NCBI GenBank assembly: GCA_964346745.1
Contig: CAYFWE010000002.1
Span: forward strand, 30,570 to 94,569
Length of the DNA: 64,000 bases
Source of the DNA: an uncultured Actinomyces sp.
Lineage (GTDB): Bacteria > Actinomycetota > Actinomycetes > Actinomycetales > Actinomycetaceae
Reading direction: 5' to 3'
Shown here: one piece after another, positions 9,987-20,425 of the stretch
Position numbering within the stretch: position 1 is the first letter of the stretch
How the letters are laid out: each line of letters starts with the position of its first letter
The notes under the pieces: generated by a model
What the model was told of the DNA's origin: nothing
The model's database searches: none
The model's input: only the letters and a program-made list of their open reading frames with translations
Position numbers and translations under genes: made by a program

Positions 9987-10529
9987 GTGGCGCAAGAGAA
10001 GCATCGGTTCACCTCCAGGACTCGGGCACGTAAACGTGCCGCAGAAATTCTCTTTGAGGCTGACCAGAAAGGGATCAGCACTTCATCCGACAAGATGCTT
10101 GCGTTACTACAAGAACGCAAAGAGGTCAGTGCATCCCAATCGTCCTTGCCTGACTATTCGGTGCAGATCGTCGAGGGCGCTGCCCAAAACCTGCCCCAAA
10201 TTGACCGGCTCTTAGACAAGCATGCTCGCGGAGCGGGAATCGACCGGCTCCCAGCAGTTGATCTAGCAGTGTTGCGGGTCGGCGTCTGGGAGCTGCTCTT
10301 CAATCAGGACGAAGTGCCCCCCATCACCGCGATTGACGAAGCAGTTGCCGTGGTGAAACAGATCTCAACGGACTCATCACCCGCGTATGTGAACGCAGTG
10401 CTGGACGCGATCCGGAAGTCGCTTGTCACCGAAGATGTGACGGACGTCCTTGAAGAAGAATTGGAGCGAAAAATCGATGTTATTGACGATGATGCAATCG
10501 AATTAGATGAGCTGCTCGACGAATACTAG
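9987..10529 (+). CDS. nusB: Transcription antitermination factor NusB
   Basis: Motifs RKRAAEILFEADQKG, LPAVDLAVLRVGVWELLF and AYVNAVLD. A GAAGGGA SD precedes the GTG start. efp-nusB synteny is conserved. Confidence 0.9.
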   Translation: MAQEKHRFTSRTRARKRAAEILFEADQKGISTSSDKMLALLQERKEVSASQSSLPDYSVQIVEGAAQNLPQIDRLLDKHARGAGIDRLPAVDLAVLRVGVWELLFNQDEVPPITAIDEAVAVVKQISTDSSPAYVNAVLDAIRKSLVTEDVTDVLEEELERKIDVIDDDAIELDELLDEY

Positions 10530-10633
10530 TTATTATGTATCACAGTGTTCGATACCCCTTTTAGGGGTGTAAAGGCGAATGAATTTGGCCTAAAGTACCG
10601 AAGGTTGGAAACCGTCGGCAAGAGGGGAAAGCA

Positions 10634-10945
10634 ATGGCGCTTCCAGAACTTACAAGAGAAGAACGTGAAGAGGCTTTGGCGAAAGCTACGGCTGCTCGTC
10701 GTCGTCGTGCAGAGGTCAAGGCGGCCCTGAAAAACCGGGAACTTAGCCTGTCAGAATTTTTTGAGATGGCGGACGATGACGACGCACTCGCAAAGATGCG
10801 TGCACAGGCACTCCTAGAGTCACTACCTCGCGTTGGCATCCACCGCGCGGGTCAACTCATGGAGGAAGTTGGGATCTCCAGCACAAGAAGAGTACGTGGC
10901 CTAGGCAGAGTCCAGCGGGAAGCACTCGTTCAACGCTTTTCTTGA
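10634..10945 (+). CDS. mihF: Actinobacterial integration host factor (mIHF)
   Basis: MALPELTREEREEALAKATAARRRRAEVKAALK... resembles mIHF closely. It precedes gmk and rpoZ, as in mycobacteria. Confidence 0.85.
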   Translation: MALPELTREEREEALAKATAARRRRAEVKAALKNRELSLSEFFEMADDDDALAKMRAQALLESLPRVGIHRAGQLMEEVGISSTRRVRGLGRVQREALVQRFS

Positions 10946-11007
10946 GAAACGGGTGAGAGGCGTCGCACTGGTTTCGCACCCCGGATTTTTTGTGTCATCG
11001 TAGTCTC

Positions 11008-11565
11008 ATGGAACCAGCACCCGTCTATGTTGTTGCAGGCCCCACAGCCGTGGGGAAAGGTACGGTAGTAAAGGCTCTTCGGGAACAATTCCCCGACCTG
11101 CCTCTATCTGTATCCGTAACCACCCGCGCGCCGCGCCCGGGCGAAATAGACGGTGTGGACTACTCGTTCATTGATGACACCCAATTCGATCGCATGATCG
11201 ACGCTGGTGAACTTCTAGAGTGGGCCGTCGTACATGGTAAAGACCGCTACGGCACACCGCTGGCGTGGGTAGAAGAACAGCGTGAGGCTGGTCGGCCCGT
11301 CCTCCTAGAGGTCGATCTGGAAGGAGCCCGCCAGGTGCGTCGACTCATGCCCGACTGCGTGTCAGTATTTATCGAGCCACCTTCTTGGGAGGAATTGCAG
11401 CGCCGCCTGATGAGCCGGGGTACGGAGAGCCTGGAAGATCAGGCTCGGCGCCTGCGAACTGCTCGCGAGGAGCTAGCCGCCGCCCACGAATTCAGGCACG
11501 TCATAACAAATGATGACGTGGATCGCACAGCCAAGGAACTAGCCGCCATCATAGGCCTGAACTAA
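11008..11565 (+). CDS. gmk: Guanylate kinase
   Basis: P-loop GPTAVGKGT plus TTRAPRPGEIDGVDYSF and EVDLEGARQV. ATG 11008 is preferred over the TTG at 10990. Confidence 0.9.
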   Translation: MEPAPVYVVAGPTAVGKGTVVKALREQFPDLPLSVSVTTRAPRPGEIDGVDYSFIDDTQFDRMIDAGELLEWAVVHGKDRYGTPLAWVEEQREAGRPVLLEVDLEGARQVRRLMPDCVSVFIEPPSWEELQRRLMSRGTESLEDQARRLRTAREELAAAHEFRHVITNDDVDRTAKELAAIIGLN

Positions 11566-11672
11566 GCTGGCTTTAGAGTGCGGGCTGACACCCGTACTGA
11601 TCACGACCAAATACCAATCTGCTTGAACGGCCCAACACACTGGTGCTGCTCAGTGGAAAAGAGGGGAACCGC

Positions 11673-11939
11673 ATGTCGGGAATCGTCGCCCAACCAGAAG
11701 GCATTACCTATCCGCCCATCGATGAGTTACTAGAGCGCACCGATTCCAAGTACGCCCTAGTAATCCTAGCGGCCAAGCGTGCCCGCCAGATCAACTCTTA
11801 TCGCCAACAACTAGAGTCAAATATGGTTCAGTTCGTAGGCCCAGTCGTTCCTTTTGAGGCCGACGATAAGGCTTTGGCTATTGCGCTGCGGGAAATCGTT
11901 GATGACAAGCTCGAACTTGGACACCACGAGGAAGCCTGA
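11673..11939 (+). CDS. rpoZ: DNA-directed RNA polymerase subunit omega
   Basis: Core sequence [41 protein letters not shown] precedes ATG 11673; the ORF opens at 11643. Confidence 0.85.
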   Translation: MSGIVAQPEGITYPPIDELLERTDSKYALVILAAKRARQINSYRQQLESNMVQFVGPVVPFEADDKALAIALREIVDDKLELGHHEEA

Positions 11940-13164
11940 GTCCGCTGCCACCGTCGTAGTTGGGGTCGGCGGCGGGATAGCGGCATACAAGACCGCCTAC
12001 CTAGTCCGCCACTTCCGCAAACAGGGATGGGACGTGCATGTTGTTCCCACCGCCTCGGCTCTAGAGTTCGTGGGGAAAGCAACCTGGGAAGAACTCTCGG
12101 AGAATCCCGTAGATTCCAAGGTATTTGCCGACGTTGGGCCAGGCCACGTCAGATTAGCGCGCCGCGCCGACCTCATAGTCGTTGCGCCAACAACGGCAAA
12201 CCTGCTCGCGAAGTTCCGCAGCGGCATCGTCGATAATCTGCTCACGGCAACGGTGCTCGCTTCGCCAGCTCCACTCGTCCTCGCCCCAGCGATGCACACA
12301 CAAATGTGGTTAAACCCGGCAACGCAGGAAAACGTGGCAACACTGCGCTCGTGGGGAGTCACGATCCTAGAACCAGACGCTGGGGATCTGTCTTCTGGTG
12401 ATTCGGGACTTGGTCGCTTGCCCGACCCCGTCTGGATTGCTGAACAGGCCCTGAAGGTTTGGCACGCAAGCACAGCAGAGGGCGAGCAGCCCCTTGACGG
12501 TAAGACGATCACCATCACTGCTGGAGGCACCAAAGAGCCCATCGATCCCGTTCGCTATATTGGCAACCGCTCATCAGGCCACCAGGGCGTGGCGCTAGCG
12601 GAAGCGGCCCTAGACTTGGGGGCTCAGGTCAACCTAGTAGCAGCGTCTATGGAAGTGGCAGCCCCCGAACATGAGAGGCTTCGCCTCATATCCGCCGAGT
12701 CTGCTGCGGAAATGCTCAGCGTGGTCGACGACCAGTTGCTCAATTCGGACGCGCTGATAATGGCGGCAGCCGTCGCTGACTTCACCCCTGTGACGCCAGC
12801 GCAAGAGAAAATCAAGAAGACCGCCGACATGGAGAGCCTAACGGTCGAACTAAGCCGGACAACCGACATTTTGGCGTCGGTTACTCACGGTTCCCACCGA
12901 CCACAAGTGGTCGTCGGTTTCGGTGCTGAGACAGGCTCATGGGATCGAGTATTGGAACTCGGCGCCGCGAAGGCCCGCTCAAAGGCAGCAGACCTGCTGG
13001 CTGTGAATCGGGTGGGCGCGAACACGGGGTTCGGCAACGTTCCCAACAAATTGGTGTACTTTGATGCCGCGGGACAAATCGTTGGTGAAACGAGCGGATC
13101 CAAGAGTGAGGTAGCCCGCGACCTCATGAGGCGAGTCGCAGAGCTGTTGCAACAGAAGGATTAA
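11902..13164 (+). CDS. coaBC: Bifunctional phosphopantothenoylcysteine decarboxylase / phosphopantothenate-cysteine ligase
   Basis: The CoaC part has [12 protein letters not shown] and PAMHTQMW. The CoaB part has [25 protein letters not shown] 11902 is the nearest in-frame start upstream of the first motif. It overlaps rpoZ by 38 nt, so the start is uncertain. Confidence 0.85.
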   Translation: MTSSNLDTTRKPESAATVVVGVGGGIAAYKTAYLVRHFRKQGWDVHVVPTASALEFVGKATWEELSENPVDSKVFADVGPGHVRLARRADLIVVAPTTANLLAKFRSGIVDNLLTATVLASPAPLVLAPAMHTQMWLNPATQENVATLRSWGVTILEPDAGDLSSGDSGLGRLPDPVWIAEQALKVWHASTAEGEQPLDGKTITITAGGTKEPIDPVRYIGNRSSGHQGVALAEAALDLGAQVNLVAASMEVAAPEHERLRLISAESAAEMLSVVDDQLLNSDALIMAAAVADFTPVTPAQEKIKKTADMESLTVELSRTTDILASVTHGSHRPQVVVGFGAETGSWDRVLELGAAKARSKAADLLAVNRVGANTGFGNVPNKLVYFDAAGQIVGETSGSKSEVARDLMRRVAELLQQKD

Positions 13165-13166
13165 CC

Positions 13167-14378
13167 TTGTCGAGTAAATCGTACCGTCCCTTCACATCAG
13201 AGTCCGTGACTGAAGGCCACCCGGACAAGTTATGTGACCGCGTTTCAGACGCGATTCTTGATGAAATCCTGCTTCAGGACCGCGCAGCCAGAGTTGCGGT
13301 AGAGGTCATTGCCACCAAGGGCCTCGTACACGTGGTGGGGGAAATAACTACCTCCGCATATGTCGAAATACCGAACGTAGTCCGCGAAGAAATCGTCAAT
13401 ATTGGGTACGACCACCAAGATGCGGGTTTCGATGGGAACTCTTGCGGAGTCTCCGTTTCAATCGGCCAGCAAAGCCCCGATATCGCCCAGGGGGTGACCC
13501 GCTCCCTAGAGGTGCGCGACTCAGTCGAAGACGTTGATCCCCGCGACGTGCAAGGGGCGGGTGACCAAGGGATCATGTTCGGCTACGCCTCTGACGAGAC
13601 ACCCGACCTGATGCCAGCCCCCATTTGGTTGGCGCAGCGCCTGGCTATGCGCCTCGCGGAAGCCCGTAAAGCGGGCATAGTCGAGGGTCTCTTACCCGAC
13701 GGGAAAACCCAGGTGACCCTGTTGTACGAGGGCGACCGCCCAGTCGCAGTCGACAATATCGTCGTGTCTACCCAGCACTTGGAATCCCTTGATGGTCGCC
13801 GGCTAGAAGACGCCGTAAATAAGCACATCGTCGACCCGGTCCTAGCCGAAAGCGGCCTCGACCTAGACGTGCGCAATGCGCGCCGCATGGTTAACCCGTC
13901 CGGACGGTTCGTCGTCGGGGGACCTGCTGCAGATGCCGGGCTAACAGGACGCAAAATTATCGTCGATACCTATGGTGGCAGTGCCTCCCACGGCGGGGGC
14001 GCCTTCTCTGGAAAAGACCCCTCAAAAGTCGATCGATCCGCGTCGTACGCCGCCCGCTGGATAAGCAAGAACGTTGTTGCCGCAGGGCTGGCGAAGCGGT
14101 GCAAAATCCAGCTTGCCTACGCGATTGGCTCATCCCGACCGGTCTCAATAACGGTAGAGACGTACGGGACCGGTGTACTCCCTGACCATGAATTAGCGGC
14201 CGTCATCGAAAAAGTATTCGACCTGCGCCCCCTGGGGATCATCGAAGACCTTCAGCTGCTGGACACGGACATGGTCCATTACCGGGATACCGCCGCGTAC
14301 GGACATTTCGGGCGTCCCGGATTCACCTGGGAGAACCTTGACCGCACCAAGGAGCTCCGGGCGGCAGCCCAGGCATAG
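13167..14378 (+). CDS. metK: S-adenosylmethionine synthetase
   Basis: Motifs [25 protein letters not shown] and [16 protein letters not shown]. Confidence 0.95.
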   Translation: MSSKSYRPFTSESVTEGHPDKLCDRVSDAILDEILLQDRAARVAVEVIATKGLVHVVGEITTSAYVEIPNVVREEIVNIGYDHQDAGFDGNSCGVSVSIGQQSPDIAQGVTRSLEVRDSVEDVDPRDVQGAGDQGIMFGYASDETPDLMPAPIWLAQRLAMRLAEARKAGIVEGLLPDGKTQVTLLYEGDRPVAVDNIVVSTQHLESLDGRRLEDAVNKHIVDPVLAESGLDLDVRNARRMVNPSGRFVVGGPAADAGLTGRKIIVDTYGGSASHGGGAFSGKDPSKVDRSASYAARWISKNVVAAGLAKRCKIQLAYAIGSSRPVSITVETYGTGVLPDHELAAVIEKVFDLRPLGIIEDLQLLDTDMVHYRDTAAYGHFGRPGFTWENLDRTKELRAAAQA

Positions 14379-14380
14379 CC

Positions 14381-16234
14381 TTGCAGACAGGTTCTGACAA
14401 TCGACCCTGTTACGCCAAAGTCTTAGTTGATCTGGACGTACCTAATCTCGACGCACCCTTCGACTATCAGGTACCACCAGACCTGGCGGACGCCGCGGAA
14501 GTCGGCAGTTTGGTGCAAGTCAGGTTCGGGCCGCGCCGACTTAACGGCTACATCGTTGGCTTGGATGACACCACGCAGTACAAGGGCAAAACTTCCCCCC
14601 TACTGAAAGTCATCACACCCATGCCAGTGGTGAGCTCGTCTCTACTCAAAACCATCGACTACTTAGCTCTACGTTACGCATCAAACCGCAGCCAACTTCT
14701 ATCATTCGTTGTCCCTGCTCGCCGCGCTCGGGTTGAAAAAAGCCTAGTTGAAACAATCACCGCTGCCCGGGAAACTAAGAAAGGGATCTTCGCCCCTACC
14801 GCAACCAGGGATACCAGCCGAAGCGCCGCTGCGAGAGTGCGCCTAGTCCAGACCGTATTACCCGGCCAACGCCCGCTCGCCCTCCACGACATTCTCACCC
14901 AAGCGAAACACAAAAACGAAGCAACACTGCTGATCGCTGCGAGCGCTCCCGAAGCGCGCGTCCTAGCGGAAGAGGTCGAACAGAATCCAGATTTGAGGGT
15001 CGGACTGATCGATGCCGAACAGAGCGCCGACCGACGCTACCGCACCTACTTGAAGGCCCTACTCGCAGAGTACGACGTACTGATTGGCACGCGATCGGCC
15101 ACCTGGGTGCCGCTGCCCAACCTTGGCTCCATAATCATTTGGGACGAGGGCGATGACCGCTTACGCGAACAACGCTCCCCACACCTAGAAGCCCTCGACG
15201 TAGCCGTGGCTCGCAGTCACATTGAGGGGTTAGACCTAATTTGCCTAGGTTATGCCCGCTCGATTAAAGCCCAAGCCCTCATAGTTTCAGGTTGGGCACG
15301 CTCTGTCTCGCCGAGCCGCGAGCAGGCCATCGCCGTGGTGCCACGTACCACCGTCTTTGATGCCTACGCCGCCCAAAGAGAAGGCCCAACCGGCTTTACC
15401 CGTCTTCCAGAGGCTGCCTACCGACTAATCCGAAAAGGGCTCGACTCAGGGGCCGTCCTCATTCACGTCACAGCGGCCGGTGACACTACAGAGCTGGAAG
15501 ACGGTCGCGTGCGCATTGGTTCAGACCGGATTCGCGCGGAGCTCTCCAAAGCGTTTCCCAAAGTGGAAACGGTAGTCTCCTCATCGTCTAGTGAAATCCT
15601 CACCACTGTCCCTGCAGGGCCTCGCATCGTTGTCGCCACCAGTGGGGCAGAGCCGACAGTAGCCGGGGGGTATGCCGCGACAATAATCGCCGGAGCCAGC
15701 CAGGTCGCGTATCGAGACAGTTTGGATGCGACAGTTGAAGCACTGCGCCGCTGGATGAATGCACTATCGCTAGCGGCGCCGCGCAGCCCGGCCATGTTGA
15801 TCGGGGACGTACCTGAGCCTCTTTTGGATTCGCTGGTCTACTGGGAGCCAGGAATACTCACCGGCAACGAGCTGCGACGCCGCCAAGAAATCGGGTTTCC
15901 TCCCGCTAGGTGGGTGGTGGCGATGGAAGGCACTCCACCAACTGTCCAGGCTCTGCTGGGTGCCGCCGAAGAAACCCTTGGGGAAGCCACGCCGTTCTTC
16001 CCCGGCCTGCCGTTCCCCACCCTCGCCCTCATCCAAAGCCCGACACCGATCGCGCCGATCGAAGAAGACAAGGTGAAGGCGATAATCTCCGTCGGGCCGC
16101 GCAACATCCACGCTTTGATGGCTTCGCTCACCGAAACAAGACGGAAACTTAGCCTTCAAAACAAGGCTTTACCCAGCTTCTCGATAAACCCCAAGTCTTT
16201 GATAGATTCCGACAACCTCCCAAGTGTCAGTTAG
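14381..16234 (+). CDS. priA: Primosomal protein N' (PriA) homolog lacking recognisable Walker A and Cys-rich zinc motifs
   Basis: The N-terminus (AKVLVDLDVPNLDAPFDYQVP, VRFGPRRLNGYIVG) is PriA-like, and IIIWDEGDD resembles helicase motif II. The metK-priA-fmt position is conserved. See findings for the missing motifs. Confidence 0.75.
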   Translation: MQTGSDNRPCYAKVLVDLDVPNLDAPFDYQVPPDLADAAEVGSLVQVRFGPRRLNGYIVGLDDTTQYKGKTSPLLKVITPMPVVSSSLLKTIDYLALRYASNRSQLLSFVVPARRARVEKSLVETITAARETKKGIFAPTATRDTSRSAAARVRLVQTVLPGQRPLALHDILTQAKHKNEATLLIAASAPEARVLAEEVEQNPDLRVGLIDAEQSADRRYRTYLKALLAEYDVLIGTRSATWVPLPNLGSIIIWDEGDDRLREQRSPHLEALDVAVARSHIEGLDLICLGYARSIKAQALIVSGWARSVSPSREQAIAVVPRTTVFDAYAAQREGPTGFTRLPEAAYRLIRKGLDSGAVLIHVTAAGDTTELEDGRVRIGSDRIRAELSKAFPKVETVVSSSSSEILTTVPAGPRIVVATSGAEPTVAGGYAATIIAGASQVAYRDSLDATVEALRRWMNALSLAAPRSPAMLIGDVPEPLLDSLVYWEPGILTGNELRRRQEIGFPPARWVVAMEGTPPTVQALLGAAEETLGEATPFFPGLPFPTLALIQSPTPIAPIEEDKVKAIISVGPRNIHALMASLTETRRKLSLQNKALPSFSINPKSLIDSDNLPSVS

Positions 16235-16246
16235 GAGCCAGAAAAT

Positions 16247-17218
16247 ATGGGCTTACGGATCGTCTTCGCAGGCACGCCGACCGTTGCTGTGGATACCCTT
16301 GCCGCGTTGGTGGACAGCCAACACGAAGTGGTCGGTGTGATCACTCGTCCTCCGAAGAGGCGGGGCAGGTCGAAACGGCTGATCCCAAGCGAAGTTGCCG
16401 CCTACGCCCTCGACCACAATATTCCTCTGCGGGAGGTGGACCGGCCGGGGGACGAGGCAACCATGGAATGGATCTCCTCGCTATCGGCTGATCTGGGCGT
16501 TGTGGTTGCTTACGGTGCGCTCTTGTCCCAACGCTTACTGGATTTGCTTCCGCTGGGATGGGTCAATCTCCATTTCTCTTCCCTGCCTGACCTGCGCGGC
16601 GCCGCCCCGGTACAACGGGCACTGCTACGCGGCGACACACGTATTGGTTGCTCTGTTTTCCAGCTCGAGTCAGGGATGGACACCGGACCCATCTTTGTCG
16701 AAGACCAGTTTGAAGTCGGGCCGCAAGCGACCTCAGGGGAAGTGCTGGAAATGCTCTCTACGGAAGGCAGTCAACTCGTAGTCCAAACAGTCGACCAGCT
16801 TCAACAAGGCAGCGCGGTCTCTCACCCGCAAAAAGTGGGGGAGGACGGCGAAGCGATTACTTATGCGCCCAAACTAACGCGAGCCGACGCATACATTTCT
16901 TTCCGTGACACCGCTGTAAACACGGCAAACCGAGCAAGGGCAGTCAACCCAGACCCAGGCGCGTGGACAGTCCTGCCCAATGGTAATCCCATGAAAGTGC
17001 GCGGCGTTTCCGTTGTCGCTACAGAGAGTGCACCCAGCCCCGGCGTGCCCGGGTTGGTCACTCCAACTAAAGATGCGTTGCTGGTGTGGTGCCAAGATGC
17101 TCCGGTTGCCATCAGCCACGTTGCGCCTGCGGGCAAGTCGTGGATGAAAGCCACCGACTGGTGGCGGGGTGCTCGGTTGGGTGAGGGCGATACGCTAGGT
17201 TCTGACGCCCAGGACTAA
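16247..17218 (+). CDS. fmt: Methionyl-tRNA formyltransferase
   Basis: Motifs LRIVFAGTPTVAV and NLHFSSLPDLRGAAPVQRALL. Confidence 0.9.
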   Translation: MGLRIVFAGTPTVAVDTLAALVDSQHEVVGVITRPPKRRGRSKRLIPSEVAAYALDHNIPLREVDRPGDEATMEWISSLSADLGVVVAYGALLSQRLLDLLPLGWVNLHFSSLPDLRGAAPVQRALLRGDTRIGCSVFQLESGMDTGPIFVEDQFEVGPQATSGEVLEMLSTEGSQLVVQTVDQLQQGSAVSHPQKVGEDGEAITYAPKLTRADAYISFRDTAVNTANRARAVNPDPGAWTVLPNGNPMKVRGVSVVATESAPSPGVPGLVTPTKDALLVWCQDAPVAISHVAPAGKSWMKATDWWRGARLGEGDTLGSDAQD

Positions 17219-17243
17219 TGCGCCAACCCAAAGAGGAGTTCCT

Positions 17244-18662
17244 ATGAGCCGAAACCATGTGCGAGTCGACCCAGCCCGCCTACTAGCCGCACAGGTGCTC
17301 TTACAGGTGCACAGTGACGGGCGCTTTGCGAACTTGGCTCTACCGCGAGCGCTGCGAGAAGAGCAGACGAGGAACCGCCGCTTCAGCGACCGTGATGCCG
17401 CGTTCGCCTCTGAGCTCGTCTACGGCAGCATCCGTCAACAAGGATTCCTCGACTTCACCTTGGCCGAACACGTTTCGTCCCCCTTGGATGACCTAGACGC
17501 CCCGGTACTAGTTTGCCTGCGCCTGGGTGTCTATCAACTGTTTTTCTTGCGCGTCGCAGATCACGCAGCGATTTCCGAAACTGTAGACGTGGCACGCGAA
17601 CTGGCGGGCGCCGGTCCGGCTCGATTCGTCAACGCGGTTCTTCGCTCCGTGCAAAGAGAAGGTAAAGCCGGGGTGAAAGCCCGCGTTGAAGCAGTTCGGG
17701 GGGCTCGTGACCGACTGGCTGTCCAGCATTCACATCCCGCTTGGATTGTGAACGATGTGGCGGACGCGCTGTCGACCCGCGGAATCGACCAAGAAGAACT
17801 TCCAGACGCTCTTGAAGCGAACAACGTTGCTCCCACAGTGACTTTGGTGGCGCGCCCAGGGTTGATCACAGCCGCCGATCTTGCCCAAGAGGTTGAGGAC
17901 GTGCTTGCATCGCCCACCCGCCAGGGACTGCTGAGCGAATATGCGGTGATTATGGAAGAGGGCGATCCGGGAGCTTTGCCTTCTGTGCGCTCGGGGGAGG
18001 CAGCTGTACAGGATGAAGGTTCACAGTTGGCCGCACTGCTGCTCGCCGAAGCGCCACTGTCTGGACCAGATAAGCGTTGGCTTGACCTTTGTGCCGGTCC
18101 AGGTGGGAAATCGGCATTGCTTGGCGCTATCGGTGCTGACAGAGGCGTGACTCTCGTAGCCAATGAAGTGAACCCGAGACGCGCCCGCCTAGTGGAGCGG
18201 TCAGTGCAGGCATTGGACAATGTCGAAGTCATTACCCAGGATGGGACGACTCTAGACTTAGGCGAAACGTTCGACCGAGTCCTAGTTGATGCGCCCTGTC
18301 TTGGACTCGGCTCCCTGCGCCGCCGCCCAGAGTCCCGGTGGCGGCACTTGCGGGCTGACCTACAAGACCTAATCCCACTTCAGTCGGAACTCTTGGCATC
18401 TGGAATCAAGTCAACTAGACCGGGTGGGGTCATAGCGTGGGTCACCTGTTCCCCGCACAATGATGAAACGCTTGAGCAGGTCAGGAAAGCCCTGGATTCG
18501 GGCATGGTTGAACTTTTGGACGCACCTGCATTGGCGCAGGGGATGACCCCGGAAGATCTCGGGCTCGGTGGCGGGGACGAGATAGCGTCCCGCACCGTCC
18601 AACTCTGGCCGCACCGCCACGGCACAGACGCAATGTTCATTGCGCTGATGCGCCGAAAGTGA
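17244..18662 (+). CDS. rsmB: 16S rRNA (cytosine-C5)-methyltransferase RsmB/Sun family
   Basis: NusB-like N-terminal domain, SAM motif DLCAGPGGKS, and catalytic Cys contexts VLVDAPCLGLGSLRRRPE and WVTCSPH. Confidence 0.85.
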   Translation: MSRNHVRVDPARLLAAQVLLQVHSDGRFANLALPRALREEQTRNRRFSDRDAAFASELVYGSIRQQGFLDFTLAEHVSSPLDDLDAPVLVCLRLGVYQLFFLRVADHAAISETVDVARELAGAGPARFVNAVLRSVQREGKAGVKARVEAVRGARDRLAVQHSHPAWIVNDVADALSTRGIDQEELPDALEANNVAPTVTLVARPGLITAADLAQEVEDVLASPTRQGLLSEYAVIMEEGDPGALPSVRSGEAAVQDEGSQLAALLLAEAPLSGPDKRWLDLCAGPGGKSALLGAIGADRGVTLVANEVNPRRARLVERSVQALDNVEVITQDGTTLDLGETFDRVLVDAPCLGLGSLRRRPESRWRHLRADLQDLIPLQSELLASGIKSTRPGGVIAWVTCSPHNDETLEQVRKALDSGMVELLDAPALAQGMTPEDLGLGGGDEIASRTVQLWPHRHGTDAMFIALMRRK

Positions 18663-18687
18663 ACATTCGGCCCGATAAGGTGGAGGT

Positions 18688-19377
18688 ATGAAGATAAAGA
18701 TTGCGCCCTCGATTCTTTCCAGCGACATAGGCTGCCTAAATGCTGAACTGGACCGGATTTCGAATGCAGACCTGGTCCACGTGGACGTGATGGACGGACA
18801 TTTTGTACCGAACCTAACCTGGGGTCTCCCCGTGGTCGAGGCTGCCGTCGCCCACGGCGGCCTACCGGTTGACACGCACCTGATGATAGAGGACCCTGAC
18901 CGCTGGGCAGTTGACTATGCGAAAGCCGGCGCAGCGTCGGTCACCTTCCACTCTGAAGCCGTCACCGCACCGATCACATTGGCGCGCCGGATACGCGACG
19001 CAGGTGCCAAGGCTGCAGTAGCTTTTCGTCCTAGCAGCGGGCTTGGCTCCTACCTGGACTTCATCGAAGAATTCGACATGATTTTGGTTATGACTGTTGA
19101 GCCAGGTTTTGGTGGGCAGAAATTCCTGGAAGGTACCCTGCCAAAAATCCGCAAGGTTCGTGACGCTATTGAACGCTCCGGAGCAGACATACTGTTAGAG
19201 GTTGACGGGGGTATCGACCCGGCCACGATTATTCCTGCAGCTGAGGCTGGCGCAGATGTCTTCGTGGCTGGCTCATCGGTTTTCGGGGCCCCCGATCCGA
19301 ACGCACAGATAGACGCGCTACGTGCCAAGGCGCAACGCATCCTTTCCGAGGCTCGACTTCCCCACGAAGCCTCGTAA
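18688..19377 (+). CDS. rpe: Ribulose-phosphate 3-epimerase
   Basis: Motifs IAPSILSSD, HVDVMDGHFVPNLT, MTVEPGFGGQKF and EVDGGI. Confidence 0.95.
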   Translation: MKIKIAPSILSSDIGCLNAELDRISNADLVHVDVMDGHFVPNLTWGLPVVEAAVAHGGLPVDTHLMIEDPDRWAVDYAKAGAASVTFHSEAVTAPITLARRIRDAGAKAAVAFRPSSGLGSYLDFIEEFDMILVMTVEPGFGGQKFLEGTLPKIRKVRDAIERSGADILLEVDGGIDPATIIPAAEAGADVFVAGSSVFGAPDPNAQIDALRAKAQRILSEARLPHEAS

Positions 19378-19439
19378 CGATCCGGCCGATTCCCGATAAG
19401 CGAACATTGCAACACGTTTACTAAACGAGTGGCATAATT

Positions 19440-19565
19440 GCTCGCATAGCTCCGGGGTCGGTGAAAGTCCGAACCGGCGGTGAAAGCCCGCGACCCGCCA
19501 AACGGCGGTTGAACTGGTGTGATTCCAGTGCCGACGGTTAAAGTCCGGATGGGAGGAGCATGGGT
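19440..19565 (+). promoter_or_regulatory. FMN riboswitch (RFN element) aptamer
   Basis: All conserved FMN-aptamer blocks are present: GGGGTCGGTGAAAGTCCGAACCGGCGGT, AGCCCGCGACCC, GGTTGAACTGGTGTGATTCCAGTGCCGACGGT and AAGTCCGGATGGGAGGAGC. P1 closes as GCTCC (19449-19453) with GGAGC (19555-19559). It lies 50 nt upstream of the permease start. Confidence 0.9.
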
Positions 19566-19609
19566 GTCAGGCTGCTTGGCGCCCAGCGCCCCGTGGCGGA
19601 AAGGCTTCG

Positions 19610-20425
19610 GTGGCACGCGATCGCACTGCAACCTCACGCCGGCTAGTTTGGGTCGCTCCACTATCGTTGGCAGTGGCCATTCTTGCGCTCTGGTGGATAG
19701 GCACCGCAGTGCGACCCGTTGAAGCCTGGGTATTTCCTACCCCTCACGCCTTCTTCACTCGACTTCTACAACTCTTAGGCCAGCAGTGGATGTGGGAGCG
19801 CATCGCGGTAACAGCAGGGGAAGCACTAGTTGGGGCAGTGTTGGGAACACTGGTAGCACTGCCACTGGCGTGGGGAATTTTTTACAGTGAGTTCGTGCGG
19901 GCGGCCGTGGAACCCTTCCTGGGCGCTACGCAGGCGATCCCAGCGATCGCGATCGCTCCGTTGCTTGTCTTATGGATGGGCAACGGCTTCACGCCGATCG
20001 TAACGCTATGCGCCCTCATAACCTTTTTTCCCGTCCTCGTGTCCACAACGGTTGGACTGCGACAAATGGACCCTGACGTATTGGATGCGGCAGCGTTGGA
20101 CGGGGCGTCTGGGTGGGCAATGTTGCGTTACATTGAAGCGCCGTTAGCTGCCCCCGCCATGCTCGCAGGTATTCGAAACGGATTTGCTCTTTCAGTCACT
20201 GGCGCCATCGTCGGGGAAATGGTGATGGGCGGCGCAGGCCTTGGGCAAGTCTTGACCCAGCAGCGGCACAACCTTGACACAGCGGGCATGTTCGTAACCG
20301 TCTTCGTCCTCGCCGCTCTAGCGATGAGTCTATATGGGCTCATCTACCGAGTAGAGCGGCGAACTAGGCGCGACCTAACTTCTCAAAGCAAGCACCGAAC
20401 CAGAACTGAAAGCAGGCAAATATGA
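19610..20425 (+). CDS. ABC transporter permease, NitT/TauT (ThiX/RibX-like) family
   Basis: Multi-TM ORF with the EAA-loop-like segment ALDGASGWAMLRYIEAPLAAPAMLAGI. A GGAAAGG SD lies about 6 nt before GTG 19610. Confidence 0.8.
   Translation: MARDRTATSRRLVWVAPLSLAVAILALWWIGTAVRPVEAWVFPTPHAFFTRLLQLLGQQWMWERIAVTAGEALVGAVLGTLVALPLAWGIFYSEFVRAAVEPFLGATQAIPAIAIAPLLVLWMGNGFTPIVTLCALITFFPVLVSTTVGLRQMDPDVLDAAALDGASGWAMLRYIEAPLAAPAMLAGIRNGFALSVTGAIVGEMVMGGAGLGQVLTQQRHNLDTAGMFVTVFVLAALAMSLYGLIYRVERRTRRDLTSQSKHRTRTESRQI

Noticed and set aside
16225-16246. TGTCAGTT-N8-GAAAAT, reminiscent of the PafBC-dependent RecA-NDp promoter motif, just upstream of fmt
   Set aside because: The -10 part does not fit TAnnnT. 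The motif overlaps the priA stop and the fmt SD, and a single degenerate match is expected by chance.
17561-18232. 223-aa minus-strand ORF inside rsmB
   Set aside because: Antisense shadow ORF rich in Ser, Ala and Thr. The rsmB motifs on the plus strand are unambiguous.
19440-19565. Alternative reading of the leader as a TPP riboswitch, because ThiXY-like transporters are usually TPP-controlled
   Set aside because: There is no CUGAGA or ACCUGAUCUGGAUAAUGCCAGCG-type TPP block, whereas all FMN-aptamer blocks are present.
19050-19661. 203-aa minus-strand ORF covering the rpe 3' end, the riboswitch and the permease start
   Set aside because: It would run antisense through a highly conserved riboswitch and two supported genes, and it has no recognisable motifs.
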